DNA of 64,000 nucleotides from Octopus vulgaris (taxonomy: Eukaryota): positions 26,040,001-26,104,000 of the forward strand of contig OX597825.1 in assembly GCA_951406725.2 (NCBI GenBank), written 5' to 3'. Position numbers and translations under genes: made by a program. The stretch's first letter is position 1, and each line of letters starts with the position of its first letter. Positions 1 to 16,889 of the stretch are shown here, in pieces. The notes under the pieces are model-generated. The model worked only from the letters and a program-made list of their open reading frames with translations. It made no database searches and was not told the origin of the DNA.

Positions 1-291
1 CGTAACGTAGCGGTTCGGCAAAAAGAGACGATAGAATAAGTACTGGATTTATAAAGAATATGTCCTCGGGTCATTATATATATATATATATATAAGTTGC
101 TATTAAAAGAATCCCGTCGTATATACATACGACGGGATTCTTTCAGTTTCCGTCTACCAAACCCACTCACATGGCTTTGGTCGGCTCGAGGCTATAGTAG
201 AAGACACTTTCCCAAGGTGCCACGCAGTGGAACTGAACCCGGAACCATGTCGTTGGTAAGCAGGCTACTTACCACACAGCCACTCCTGCGC
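1..291. mobile_element. Two fragments of tRNA-headed CORE-type SINE family A: 3' half on + (1-72), 5' half on - (127-291)
   Basis: Both match the fuller copies at 21031-21436 and 37065-37490 (gcggttcggcaaaa...gaataagtact; rc ggcgcaggagtggctgtgtggtaag). Confidence 0.8.
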
Positions 292-676
292 CTTTTATGT
301 GTTTGTGTTATGTGTAGTATTGCGTATTCAGAAAAGCGATGTTGAAGAATGGTTCGACACTGCATATGATAAACGTATTGGGAAATGGGACGTAATTTAA
401 TGTCTTGCTTTTTGCTCGGAAAGAGATGGAGTGGGTCACCAGCATTTTAGAGAGGCTCCGTGTGGAGTGGGAGGGAAAGTGAAAGGTATTTAACACTGGG
501 GATCTGGCAACAATTCTTGCAAGAAGCTGAGTGCTATCAAAGTCAGTGAAAGTATCAAGCGGCGGTACTTAACCTGAAGTCATATGCAATGGAAGGGGTC
601 GCAATCAAAGATACTGTGGTGGGAGCTGCGCTGAGAAAGACCAAAAAAATGTCTGGATTATATACCGAAAAACATT

Positions 677-709
677 CTACCGTTTCAGCCAGTTGACCTT
701 CTTATAAGG
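677..709 (-). ncRNA. Very degenerate hammerhead-like motif, probably a PLE terminal-repeat relic
   Basis: rc reads ATAAGA-A-GGTC-aact-GGCT-GAAAC-GGTA; the first core box is damaged. Confidence 0.3.
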
Positions 710-1087
710 TGTTTTTAATTGTAGGACCAGGTACGATTGCAATTAAATTTGGCATTGGCGGTTTGAGATCATAGAAAATCGGAATAAAAACCCTAATGCA
801 TTGCGTCTAACACTAACAGAAACACCAATATCCATTGTTCATATCTAGAGAAAATACCCTCATCGTATATATATTTTGGTGTTATGATATGAGTGGAGCG
901 TCAATTTCCCTCCTCTCTGTTTCGTTCTCTTCCTCTCTCTCTCTAGCGGTGTAAAGTTATTGCATATACCAATTTACATATTAAACGCATCCCTAGAAGC
1001 TGGTACGTTAATACAAATGACTGGTAGGTACGTGGTATTCCGTTATGCAACCGTAATATATCACAAAGTATGTTAAATGATTTTATA

Positions 1088-1689
1088 AAGGCGGTAAGCT
1101 GGCAGAAACGTTAGCACGTCGGGCGAAATGCGTAGCGGTATTTCGTCTGCCGGTACGTTCTGAGTTCAAATTCTGCTGAGGTCGAATTTGCCTTTCATCC
1201 TTTCGGGGTCGATTAAATAAGTACTAGTTACGCACTGGGGTGAATATAATCGACCTAATCTGTTTGTCTCTCCTTGTTTGTCCTCTCTGTGTTTAGCCCC
1301 TTGTGGGTAGTAAAGAAATAGGTATTTCGTCTGCCGGTACGTTCTGAGTTCAAATTCCACCGAGGTAGAGTTTGCCTTTCATCCTTTCGGGGTACCAGTT
1401 ACGCACTGGGGTCGATATAATCGACTTAATCCGTTTGTCTGTCCTTGTTTGTCCCCTCTACGTTTAGCCCATTGTGGGCAGTAAAGAAATAAGAAATCTT
1501 AGCACGTCGTGCGAAATGCTTAGCCGTATTTTGTCTGACTTTATGTTCTAAGTTCAACTTACACCGATGTCAACTTTGCCTTTCATCCTTTCGGGTTTGA
1601 TAAATTAAATACCAGTTGCGTACTGGAACCGATTTAATCGATTAAGTCCCTCCCCCGGAATTTGGGGCCTTGTGCCTAGAATAGAAAAG
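1088..1689 (+). mobile_element. Three tandem copies of tRNA-headed SINE family B (Meta-domain-like core)
   Basis: Repeated gttctgagttcaaattcc...gactttgcctttcatcctttcggggtcgat...aagtaccagtt; units start about 1088, 1321 and 1495. Confidence 0.85.
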
Positions 1690-2014
1690 TGTATTAAACA
1701 TCATCATAAGTCAACATCATGTTCCACTGCGTCAACAGTGTGCTTTTACATTGTTGTTAAAGTTATTTCTGCAGATATTCTACAGAAATTCTGGCGGGCA
1801 CTGATTTTTGTTACGACCTTTCGTATATGTGACATCGGATGTAAAAAAAAATAGTATATCATGTTTACATAACGAAATTCGAAGCACCTACAAATCATTA
1901 CTGCACACACACACACACACACACGCACACACACACACACATATATATATATACGTATGTGTGAGTAAACATACATTCGTACATGTATATTATGTATATA
2001 TATACAAACACCTA

Positions 2015-2237
2015 TATATGGACAGCCATATGCTAGAAATAGATCACCTACGATCAAACCACAAAGAAAAAATGTTCTCTAGAGAAAATTCAGCGGACAC
2101 CAGAACATTAGGCGGGCAATAATTTTCATGTTTTGCCCGCCTACTGTTCTGGTGTCCGCTGAATTTTCTCTAGAGAACATTTTTTCTTTGTGGTTTGATC
2201 GTAGGTGATCTATTTCTAGCATATGGCTGTCCATATA
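2015..2237. repeat. Near-perfect inverted repeat, 105-bp arms, 13-nt spacer
   Basis: 2015-2119 is the reverse complement of 2133-2237 with one mismatch seen. ORFs 1808..2122 (+) and 2079..2264 (-) share the same peptide. Confidence 0.95.
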
Positions 2238-2368
2238 GTGGTTTTTAGCCCTTAAAATATACACATGTATTAGAATTTTCTATGAATTTTCAGATTTTTG
2301 TATGCTAGGCTACTGGTTTTAAATTCATATTAATTAAATTAATATTCAATTTATCTCCCTCATAATTT

Positions 2369-2438
<70 letters not shown>

Positions 2439-2439
2439 A

Positions 2440-3610
2440 AAAAGGAGATGTGGAACACGAGTTGTGATATACAGAAAAATAGCACTTAGTGCACATATTG
2501 ATACCTGTGCCGCACAACTTCATCCCAATTTTAGAATCTTTCCCCTCTACAAATTTAAAGACAATGCCACTCATACCCAGCGAATAACCATGGAATCCCA
2601 ACCTTATTAATAAATACAGACCACTTCTAAACACATCCCCCTAACACGAACCCACAACAAACACACTTACACCTGCACACACCCTACACACACTTTTACC
2701 CAGATATTAACACCATGACACACGCAAATATATGGTTTCACACATACACATAATTTGATACGGGTGCAAAACATCCAACACTATTTTTTGGAAATGACTG
2801 TAAATATTGACTTCACACAAACACGTTGCTTCCCGATACAGGCACAAGTCCAGTAGAACTATAAATATTGAAAATTGTATCCACACACGCACACATATAT
2901 ACACGCGCGCGCGCCCCAATATACATATAAACACACACACACACACACACACGCGCACACATACATACATATAGCTCTTCCTGTCCTAAACGAACTTACT
3001 TATCCAGCTCAAATTCAGTCAAGCGGAAAATACACTCCTTAACTACGCGCTAAAAAGCTATTTAAAATATCCACATGACGTCTACTGACCAGCCTGAACA
3101 ATACGAATTTTCAACAACGCTATTTTCGAAAACTCCATACACCACCCACATCAACATTCATTCTAAACATTCACGTGACCTCTCTATTATGACCACATCC
3201 ACGTGACCTATTTATTATGACCAATAAGAAATTTTAGGCGCGACACTAGCCAAATTTTAATATCTCTGGAGCCTATTTTCTTACCCCAACACCAACCTCC
3301 ATTCAAACATTCACGTGACCCCTTTATAATGACCAATCAAAATTGTATTGACCATTGTCCACCAGAAATTTTAGGCGCGAAACCAAGCAAATCTTAAACA
3401 ACCCTGGAACCTATTTTTTCATATATAAGAGACAGCAAACTCAACATAAAGTCAGATAAGAGAAAAAAATGTATCAGAAAGGAACTCTATCTCTCTTTAA
3501 AAAATATCTTTTGATAAGCATAACAAATGCGCAACCGGTAAAAAGAACTTTCACCTAATTAAATACACTCTCTCTTACTTAAATTATTTTGTCAGCATTT
3601 TCTTCATTTC

Positions 3611-3612
<2 letters not shown>
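2440..3612 (+). mobile_element. Penelope-like element 3' fragment: endonuclease C-terminus, 3' UTR and terminal repeat with hammerhead motif
   Basis: About 2476-2635 translates RKIALSAHIDTCAAQLHPNFRIFPLYKFK...(frameshift)LINKYRPLLN, resembling a PLE GIY-YIG C-terminus; hammerhead-like motif at 3507-3546; (TA)n on both sides. Confidence 0.7.
3507..3546 (+). ncRNA. Degenerate minimal type I hammerhead ribozyme motif
   Basis: tctt-TTGATAA-GCAT-aacaa-ATGC-GCAA-CCG-GTA-aaaaga: stems I and II pair; core boxes mutated from CTGANGA/GAAA. Confidence 0.55.
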
Positions 3613-3648
<36 letters not shown>

Positions 3649-3698
3649 TTCTCTCTCGCATTCTCTCCCTCTGTACACACACACACACACATATATTT

Positions 3699-3758
<60 letters not shown>

Positions 3759-4061
3759 GTATATATATAATTATGTATACATGTATATATGCCTGTCTTT
3801 GTGTTTGCATATAAGTGTTAAGACTTAAATATATATACATAAATGAAACTAAGGTTTGGGAAATAAATATGTCTCAGAAATGGTTATGTTCTACCAGGAA
3901 TTGATAGGAAATAATCATGAATAATAACGTTGATACAGAGCGTTTTAAGGATGAACAACGGGAAGCCGGAGAGGTGTAAAGTTTATTAAGTTGCTATTAA
4001 AATTATAGAGATAACAATCAATTTTTGAATGTCTCTCACACTCTCTCTCTTACTGCCGCTC

Positions 4062-4113
<52 letters not shown>

Positions 4114-4295
4114 CTCTTACCTTTCTATGAACAGATTTGGAAGTGTACAGCGGAAGACAAGGAACTTGCTTACACGTAGGGAAAACGAGAGTTTACAGGA
4201 AGATATATGTACTCTTAAAGCGAAAAACAATTTACCACACATTTTTGTGGGGAACGAGGCAAAGTCATACAAAGATACATACATACATACATACA

Positions 4296-4326
<31 letters not shown>

Positions 4327-4434
4327 TACACATACTCGTACATACATGTTACAGACACACACACACGCATGCAAATATATGTTAGAAATGCACAAAAGCG
4401 TATGCATATGTATATACACGCACACTCATACTCA

Positions 4435-4504
<70 letters not shown>

Positions 4505-4571
4505 CAAATGCTTACTTGCAGGTAAGCATTCCTGCATGCAAATACACTCACAGTGTGTACGTGTATCTATA

Positions 4572-4650
<79 letters not shown>

Positions 4651-4717
4651 ATATATATATATATATATATATATCTAAATATCATTATTCCTAGCTCTCT
4701 CTAAAGGCTAGTATATA

Positions 4718-5345
4718 TCCATTGAATTCACGACAGAATCCAGTTGCAATGAGCTACCATTCCTGTTAACTCATTGCAACTGGATTCTGTAAAAATACAG
4801 AACTCCACAGTCACAACAGACATATTTTACAAAAAGACTGATGCACACCAATATTTAAATTCTAATCTTGCTGTCCATCACAAATCAAGAGAAATATCCC
4901 ATACCGCATGGCAAGACGCATCTGTGCTACAGTGTCTGACCCAAAATATGCGAAATCCGACTGAAAGAACTCAAAGGCTTCCTCACAATAGAGAAATACC
5001 CCTCAGGATTAATTAATGAAGGAATTAAAAAGGCGAGGAAACTGAACACCACCCAACTACAGACACTAAGGGAAAAGTTAATGAAAACATGATTCCGTTC
5101 GGTAACACACACAACCCTGGAATAGCCAATATATTTCATGCCATAAAATCGAACTTATCTATGCTCCTTGAAAGCCCCAAAATAAAAAATCTGAACTGTG
5201 GACTTTTATACTTCCTTTTCTTCTCTTTCATCACCTCCTTATTCCTTTACTCCTGTCTTCTATGTCGTCATTTCATTGATCTATACTTTTCTCATTTTCC
5301 CTATTTGTCTCCGATAAGGGAATATCCCATACTCCTAAACTAAAT
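4718..5345 (+). mobile_element. Penelope-like element RT C-terminal/thumb pseudogene fragment
   Basis: SIEFTTESSCNELPFL...VTTDIFYKKTDAHQYLN (frameshift) SCCPSQIKRNIPYRMARRICATVSD...RLKELKGFL..KYPSGLINEGIKKA, typical of PLE RT. Decayed hammerhead-like ccgataa-ggga...ctcc-taaac at 5311-5340. Confidence 0.8.
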
Positions 5346-6059
5346 ATCTAATTTACTAATTTGTTCGGAAATATCGGTTATCTGAAAAGAGATCTGGATG
5401 TAAAGGGTTTGGGAAATCGTATATTAACTGCACTTAGTACCTTGTTTAGTTTATAGTACAGATGTGCCAGTAGGTCTGTCAACAAATTATTAGTGTCAAC
5501 AAATTAGGAATATCAATCGCGACAATAGGAAGAGAAAAAGAAGTAAAGCTTATATATTAACGGAGATATTCTGATATGTATGTTATACGTACGTTAATAT
5601 GTTTGAACGTATGCTTTTATGAATCTGTAAAGATAATATTGTATTTGTGAAAACGAACCGAAAAAATACTCAATATAATGGATAGAGCATAGATAATATA
5701 GTTAAATGTAGTTCAGCTTGAAGCAAATCTGATAGAATGCATAGGTGTTTAGCTGAAATAAAAAGCAGACCGATGATTCAAGTGCGATCTAGACGTATAT
5801 ACAATTGGCGATATTGCAGTAAGTTTTTAGTTGTGGTTCTCAAGGACAAATTTTAATACACTCTACACACACCTATACGCCTATACATTCATACATACAT
5901 ACATACATACATACATACATACATGCATACATACATACATACATACATGCATATGAGATTATGTAAAAAGGGCGAAATGCTAACGATTCTGTCAGTTCAG
6001 TGCATTTATATACTTCTAAATAATATCTATATATATATCTATATATCTACATCTGCTAT

Positions 6060-8356
<2,297 letters not shown>

Positions 8357-8669
8357 TACACAGGTATATTGTAGTAGAAGAATTAGTAGTTTTGATTGCT
8401 ATTTCTAAATTTCGGTATGTAGTGAAGCAACTTTTACTGATACCTCAATTATGCTTATAATTATAAAAGAAACTTTTTTTATAAGTTTTTACCGATAATG
8501 GTTTTATTAAATTAATCATTTTTACCCTATATCTAAAATAATATGTATATATAATAGTAATTACTTATATTAATAAATATAATATCATTTATATTAACAA
8601 ATTTTATGTTAAATAAAATGTAAAATGTATAATGTTGCAGAAGACTATGACTTAGTAGCTAAAGTTTTC

Positions 8670-8860
8670 AATTTTGATGTAAAGCCAGCAGTTTTAGGGG
8701 AGGAGGCGATGAGTCAATGCCTTCGAGCTAAGTGCTCGGCTGGTACTTATTTTATCGACTTGTAAAATATGGAAGGTGAAGACGACGTCGTGGGCAGATG
8801 AAATGCGGCTAAACATTTGGTCCTCTGCGCAAATAGCTTACCAAATCGTCGCCTTAACTT
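8670..8860 (-). mobile_element. Old, diverged SINE family B copy
   Basis: ctggtacttattttatcgac...gtcgcctt resembles the rc of family B. Confidence 0.5.
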
Positions 8861-8989
8861 AGGATGTAATGAGAAAAAAAATGTAACTAATAGCTGCTAC
8901 ACGTGTGATGACAATGACAATATTGGTACTATTGATAGTGTGATGATGTTGCTGATGAGGGTGATCATGATTGTTACACATATATAATT

Positions 8990-9326
8990 GGGAGATCCCC
9001 TTCGGTCATGAATTACCATGGGATTGCACCTAGAAAGTTACCCTCCGATGTACAAGTCCGGGCAAGGTTGTTTATGGACGGCCAGCAGTCACCCATGCAT
9101 ACCAGCCACACTCCTCCACACCACTGATGCTATCCAAGGGATTGACAAAGGTCGATACAACTTGGCCCCAGTGATGTCGCAAATCATTTCTACAGATGAG
9201 TGAACTGGAGTAACGTGAAATAAAGTGTCTTGCTCAAGAACACAACACGCAGCCCGGTCCAGGGAATCGAACTCACAACCTCACGATCGTAAGCTCGACG
9301 CTCTAACCACTGAGTCATGCGCCTTC
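8990..9326 (-). mobile_element. tRNA-headed CORE-type SINE (a further family)
   Basis: rc head has A-box-like TGACTCAGTGG and B-box GTTCGATTCC, followed by CORE-like ttcttgagcaagacactttatt. Confidence 0.75.
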
Positions 9327-9770
9327 CCTATCATAATTAACATCATAATTTTTATCACAACTGTTATCGCCATTTCTTCTTTCCTTTTTCTTTTAGTAAG
9401 AAAGGATGCCTTTGTGACCCGAAAGCAAGCTTTGATCAGTTTGATTCCAGAACAAGAGATTTACCACAAGTGCCACGGAGTTTGATTGAACCCGTGATCA
9501 CGGGATTGGGAAGCAAATTTATTACCCATAAAGCCACGACAATACCTATACGGTAGATGGTCTGGATTAAGCGCAAGTGGTGGCGGTTAACAGAGTGACT
9601 TCTGTGACACAACTTATAATTATAGGGGGGAATTTCACTTAAGTTGGTTTAATTGAAATATTGAAACGTTTCATTACCAACGAATCTCAAATCAAATTCA
9701 TTAGACTACATCCTCACCCTACACGTATGTATTTCTTGTTTGCATATAGTATAACTATTATGCGCAGGAT

Positions 9771-10350
<580 letters not shown>

Positions 10351-10539
10351 AACTGACCTTCTATTTGTTTGTCTAACTACATACCTATATAATTTGTATA
10401 TACATATCTGATTATCGAGTACACACGTATTCCTCTACACAATATCAAACACGCGAATAACCAAGCACACACAAATGTATGCATTCGTTTACATATGTAG
10501 TCACGTATCAATATCCGCGTTTGGGTCCATACACACGCA

Positions 10540-11210
<671 letters not shown>

Positions 11211-11663
11211 ATCATTAATTTATGTGTGTTTTTCGCGTTTTTCTCATATATTTGTGTGAGTGTTTGTATATATAAATGTATACGTAATTTCAATTTGCCC
11301 TCGTTTGCAAGTAAATCACCTGTGTGGTGTTCATTAATCAACAGAAATTCATTTATCTTAATATGCTATGAACGCTGCCGATAGAATCATCTTGAAAACC
11401 AGTTATTTTCCTCATTTAATCGGCTTACTGCTTGCGGAGAAGCGATTTCCCGGATAAATGCAATTATTTATCGAGAAAGAATCTATAAATCGGATTATTT
11501 ATTAATAAGGAGTGAATTTTTACTGTAGAAGCGAAACGTATGTTTCGTTACGACATTCGGGAGACATATTCCTCTTTCCCCAGAGAAAAGGGAATCAAGA
11601 TTTTATTTATTCTATTATTTTGTTAGCCATAATAGTAATAATATATTGACATATGTATTTTAG

Positions 11664-11776
11664 ATTATTATTATTATTATTGTTATTGTTATTATTATTA
11701 TTATTATTATTGTTTTTGTTGTTGTTGTTGTTATTATTATTATCATTATTATTATTATTATTATTATTACTATTAC

Positions 11777-11858
<82 letters not shown>

Positions 11859-11971
11859 GTTATTATTTTTATTATTTTTATTATTATTATTATTATTGCT
11901 CCTGTTGTTGCTTTTGCTGGTAGTGGTGGTGTTCCTTTTATTGATGTTGTTGTTGTTGTTGTTATTGTTAC

Positions 11972-12032
<61 letters not shown>
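11664..12032. repeat. (TAT)n/(TGT)n trinucleotide tract
   Basis: Direct inspection; source of the poly-N and poly-L ORFs. Confidence 0.97.
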
Positions 12033-12529
12033 GCGAGCGGGCAGAGTCGTTAACACGCTGGATGGAATCCTTAACAATACGTCGCCCGTTCTGAGTTCAA
12101 ATTCCACCGCGCTAAGACCTCTGTACACATTGTGACTATCCGTATGATAAGTGTACATCAGGCATGTGCATCTTAACAATATGTGAGCGACATGGTGACC
12201 GCAAATTAAGATAAACAGCGCATGACATTGCTGGTGGAGCCCAGTTAGAATGTTCTTCATGTCGAGTAGCCCACCCTACTAAACAAGCCCTTGGATAAGG
12301 GTTATTTAAGGATTTTGAACGAAACACCCATGTTTTAAGAGGGGAATTATTCAAATTCCAAAGAATTCCTCTTAACACATAGCTATAATGCTCGCCCACC
12401 ACTTCTGCTCGTGAGAAGCCACTAAGGGACATGCTCAACTAGTTACGGTCAAGCAACTGACAATCAAATCTGTGCTATTGAGCAGAATATTATACGTAGC
12501 CCATAATTTCTTATTATCATCATGTTTAT

Positions 12530-12925
12530 GAATCGTGGCAGAATCGATAGCACGCTGACCGAAATAATTAGCAGCATTTCGATCGTCGTTAGGTTCTGAG
12601 TTCAAATTCTGCCGAGGTTGACTTTGGTTTTCATTCTTTCGGAGTCGATAAAATAAGTACAGTTGATCACTGGGGTGGATGTAATCGACACCTCCCCACC
12701 TCCCCCAAGCTTCCCTTGTAAGAAAAGTTAGAAAGAATTATTATCATCATCTTTCAATTTTATTTCCATTTCCTACACGCTCTGAATTCAAATTCCACCG
12801 AGATCGACTTTGCCTTTGATCCTTTCGGGTCGGTAAATTAAGCACCAGTCAAGTACTGGATTCAATGTGATCGAATTACCCCCCCCCCCCCACAAATTTC
12901 ACGCCTTGTGCCTATAGTAGACAGG
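12530..12925 (+). mobile_element. Two adjacent diverged SINE family B copies
   Basis: ttctgagttcaaattc...gactttg..tttcat.ctttcgg..tcgataaa..aagtac occurs twice. Confidence 0.75.
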
Positions 12926-13690
12926 ATTATTATTATTGTTGTTGTCGTTGTTGTTGTTGTTGTTACTGGTTTTGAGAAAATACTTGAAAGTCTCAGAACT
13001 ATATTGCTCAAGAAATAGGCTTGCCACACTTGAGGTGAGATTTGAAACGGAAGACGAACCAGAGGTGACTTCGACCACCATACAAAAGACTGATGAACTG
13101 TTTCAAATTCCAGCATACCGACGTCGGAGAGCGGTAATAATAAATATGATTGTGTTGTAGTAGCCATAAAACATGGTTAGAAAATAAAACAAAAATTCAA
13201 CAAATCAGTAGACTGGAAAGGAATACTGGTTAGGCACAGTGATTCAACTACTTATTCCTGCTAGCCAAGAAGCATGGAGGTCATCCTTGACTTAATCAAC
13301 CAAATGTTTTGTGGCGTTTTATAGCAGGTGAATGCAGAATCCGAAATATTATACATATGGAGACGCGAAATATCTAAGAGCATTCTGTTCACTTCTAAAC
13401 AATGAAAATCGTCGGAAAACACCTTTACTGCAACGCCTCTACTCCAGCAACAACAAAAGCAGTAGTAGCTTCAATAACCACAGTACCAACTGTACCGAGA
13501 GAAGTAACAATACAACAACAACAACAAACCAAAAACAAAGAGAAATAGCAGCACCAAAATACAAGAAGAGAAATGCACTCAACAACAGCAGCATATACCA
13601 ACGCCACAACCCGAAAAAATAATCACCAACATTGCTACAACCCAGAACCCTTCTACACATTAGTCAATTAGACTAGAAAGATAGGTATAC

Positions 13691-13786
13691 TCAATTGCAC
13701 CGATATAACTCTTTCTCCATGCATGTCAGAGATATCTCTGTGTGCGAAAAAGTCACCATTCGAGGAAAACCTACCAAAATGAGTAC
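13691..13786 (-). other. Candidate 96-nt internal exon of an unidentified host gene
   Basis: Strong acceptor ttttctttcttcttgctttccacag|G, open phase 1-1 frame THFGRFSSNGDFFAHRDISDMHGERVISVQL, weak donor A|gtatac. Confidence 0.3.
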
Positions 13787-15150
13787 CTGTGGAAAGCAAG
13801 AAGAAAGAAAACGCAGAAACTGCATCACACACACATGCACACACACACACACGCACACGCATACATACACACACAAAACACACACACACACACAACATAG
13901 ACACATGTGTACACGCACAGCAGTTCACCGTGCATATTGAAATAGTGTAAGTCGTAAAGACAAGTTACTAAGTTCTGTCTTAGTGCTTGTCACCTTGAAG
14001 AAGTCTAAACTAGAGCATTGATAGTAAAACGGACCGGGCGAATTCAGGGTAGAAGTCTTTCGAGTAAAGTGTATTTGATATTTATAGGAAGACCTTGCGA
14101 TTCATACTGTGATACTAATCCCCTAGGAGGCAATACGAGTGTCTGAAAATCATAACCCTCTTAAATTCGCTTGCAATAAATTGTAGTTCTTTAATAAAAT
14201 AAAGTCAATGCTTATCATTGAATGTAGAACAAGAGCAACACAATAAATCGCCCAATCCAAAAGATCCTGTTTCACACAATTTCAGTGTTTAAATTTTCTG
14301 TTTTTAGCATGGTGTTATGTTCGTGACCAAGAAACAAATATATATTCTTAGTGATATTAACATATCTAAGTATATTAAAACAATTATTACACCGAGAGCA
14401 CTGCAGATTTGACGGAGATTTTGTCACCTAATATTACTGTATGGGACTAATAAATGTGGTAGAAACTTTACGTAAAATAATTTACTTTAGAACTGTTTTT
14501 TGAATTCGTAGCTCATTGGAGGGGAAACGAAATATTATCGGTACGCTTCACATGAAAAATAAAGAAAGCAAAAACTTGGTTTAAATGTCAAAAATATATA
14601 AAACTTAAAGAAAACTTGCATTTACCTTATGTTATTAACCGTATTTTTCAATTACAAAATTCTAAATAGAATGATTTTCTATGACAGCCAAGCATCAATA
14701 TAAATTTTCAAATGTGTAGCATAAGGAATTTTTAATTTCCCGTCACAACTAGATACTGGTTATGGTGTACCAATGCGGCGCACCATTTAGCAAGCACTGC
14801 TTTGGGTACAATTTTATTAAAATTCTTCTGCGTTACACTTATCAGCAAATAGATTATAAGTTGTATAGTCGATTATATTTTATATTTTCTTCATCGTCTT
14901 TTATGGAGGTATACATTTAATCTTCTTTCTATTCGTATTCGAAGAATATTCCTGATGTATGGAAAGGTGGAGGTATATCATTCAACCACAGTAATGGCTG
15001 AATATATTCGTAAGTCCATCATTTCGTCTGTAAAAAGTCATAGTTTAATATGAGGTTGGTTGGCGTAGAGAATGTGTATTTCTGTGTATATGTCGCTGAA
15101 AATACATTCGTTTCATGTAGACGAAATGTGTGATATTTTATACCTTGATA

Positions 15151-15751
15151 TACAATAAATATCTCACTTTACGAGGACCTGTTTTAGGAGATTCCGGCTT
15201 TGCGTTTTTTATGGTGAGCTGAAGTTTTTCGAGCCCAAGATCCAAATTATGTAAGAGGTACAAAAGTCTCTGCCACCATAACCATAACTTTTGCGTGTTA
15301 CTGAGAAATTTATAGAGTGCGAAAAAGGTTCATTTCAAACAAACAACTCAGGACTTGTTTTTTAAAAAGAAATGTACAAGTCCGTCTACGAGTGCTTGTG
15401 AATCGGTGATCGTGTTTACAAGTGATGGTGTGTGCGAGTCTAGTTCAAGTGAAAGCGATTATAAAAACGATTATAATAATATTCTTATTACAAATGATCT
15501 TGACATATTTTACATTACATAAAATATTCTTTACATTTTACTCTTATTTTATTGTCATTTATTTTTGAGTATTACAAACTTAATAGGTAAAATATCTTTT
15601 TGGAAACGAATTACGATTTATAACATTGGGAAATACTGATTTCTAGATGTAACGAAATTATAACAAGAAAAATTATCGCTCTGCTTTACGAGTTTTCAGT
15701 TTACGAGCGGTCTATTGGGAATAAATTAACTTTTGTATCGAGGCATTACTG
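15151..15751. mobile_element. Decayed pogo/Tigger-like non-autonomous DNA transposon (MITE)
   Basis: Degenerate termini tacaataaatatctcactttacgag and rc cagtaatgcctcgatacaaaag; subterminal tttacgag repeats. Confidence 0.4.
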
Positions 15752-16179
15752 GTGTCTGTGTATGTACACATTATCTACCATGTTAAATTTATTCTGCCAA
15801 CATGCGATTCAGTCATATTTTGCATGTATAACTCCGAATAAGAATTAATTTCGGCTTAAATGAGATTGTAAGTTGCGTTAATATGGAGTTCACGTTACGG
15901 TCATTATGATTAAAGGAAAATAACCTCCCGTCGCCAGGTCTACTAGAATATTCTGCACAATTACGATACATCTAGAAATCAGTATTTGAAGCCAATGAAG
16001 TTTTCTGTGCTTTAGATTATCTCCTACAACACTCTAGTTTTCCCTGCATATATTTACGTGTAGAATATTCTCTCAGAAAATATAAATAAAAAAATATCCT
16101 GTTTTCTATAATAATACAAACACTAGGAGACAATAGATACAAATTACAGTGTAAAATTCCAAGTCATATTCTGAGGCAT

Positions 16180-16378
<199 letters not shown>

Positions 16379-16889
16379 ACATATATAACACTCGGTGCTT
16401 GAAAAGGAGAGGTTTTTTTATCCTTCTCGTCATGCATTTACTATTACTGGCACACCATCGCGTACAACGACGTGAGATTAACGTGCAAGTGGTTGAGTAC
16501 TCCAGAGACACACGTGCCCCTTCTGAGAAGTATTTGCTATTAACACGCGTTATATGCTATCATTGTTTCGCCTTTCTGTGTAGATTAACCTCACATGCAA
16601 TCAATTCGCATGTTTCTGATTATCAAATATATGAGGTGCTACTTAAATTTTCATAGTTATTGCTGTAATATACTGTTTATATAAACTTCTGATCGAATCA
16701 GCGATATCATTTATATCGACTTTATAATGAGTATATTGAATTAATCTATTAATTTAATATACGCATTAGAAAACATACTACAAACTGAGCACTTGTAGGA
16801 TCGTACACATTGCACAAAATACATTTGCACACACACATATATATATACATACATACATATATATAAATACATTCATACTCATAAACACC

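Noticed and set aside
12115-12505. Repeat-looking segment and 100-aa ORF 12136..12438
   Set aside because: Single copy in the window with no diagnostic motif; cannot classify.
14750-14805. hAT-like terminal sequence (rc cagtgcttgctaaatggtgcgccgc)
   Set aside because: No matching second TIR or 8-bp TSD found.
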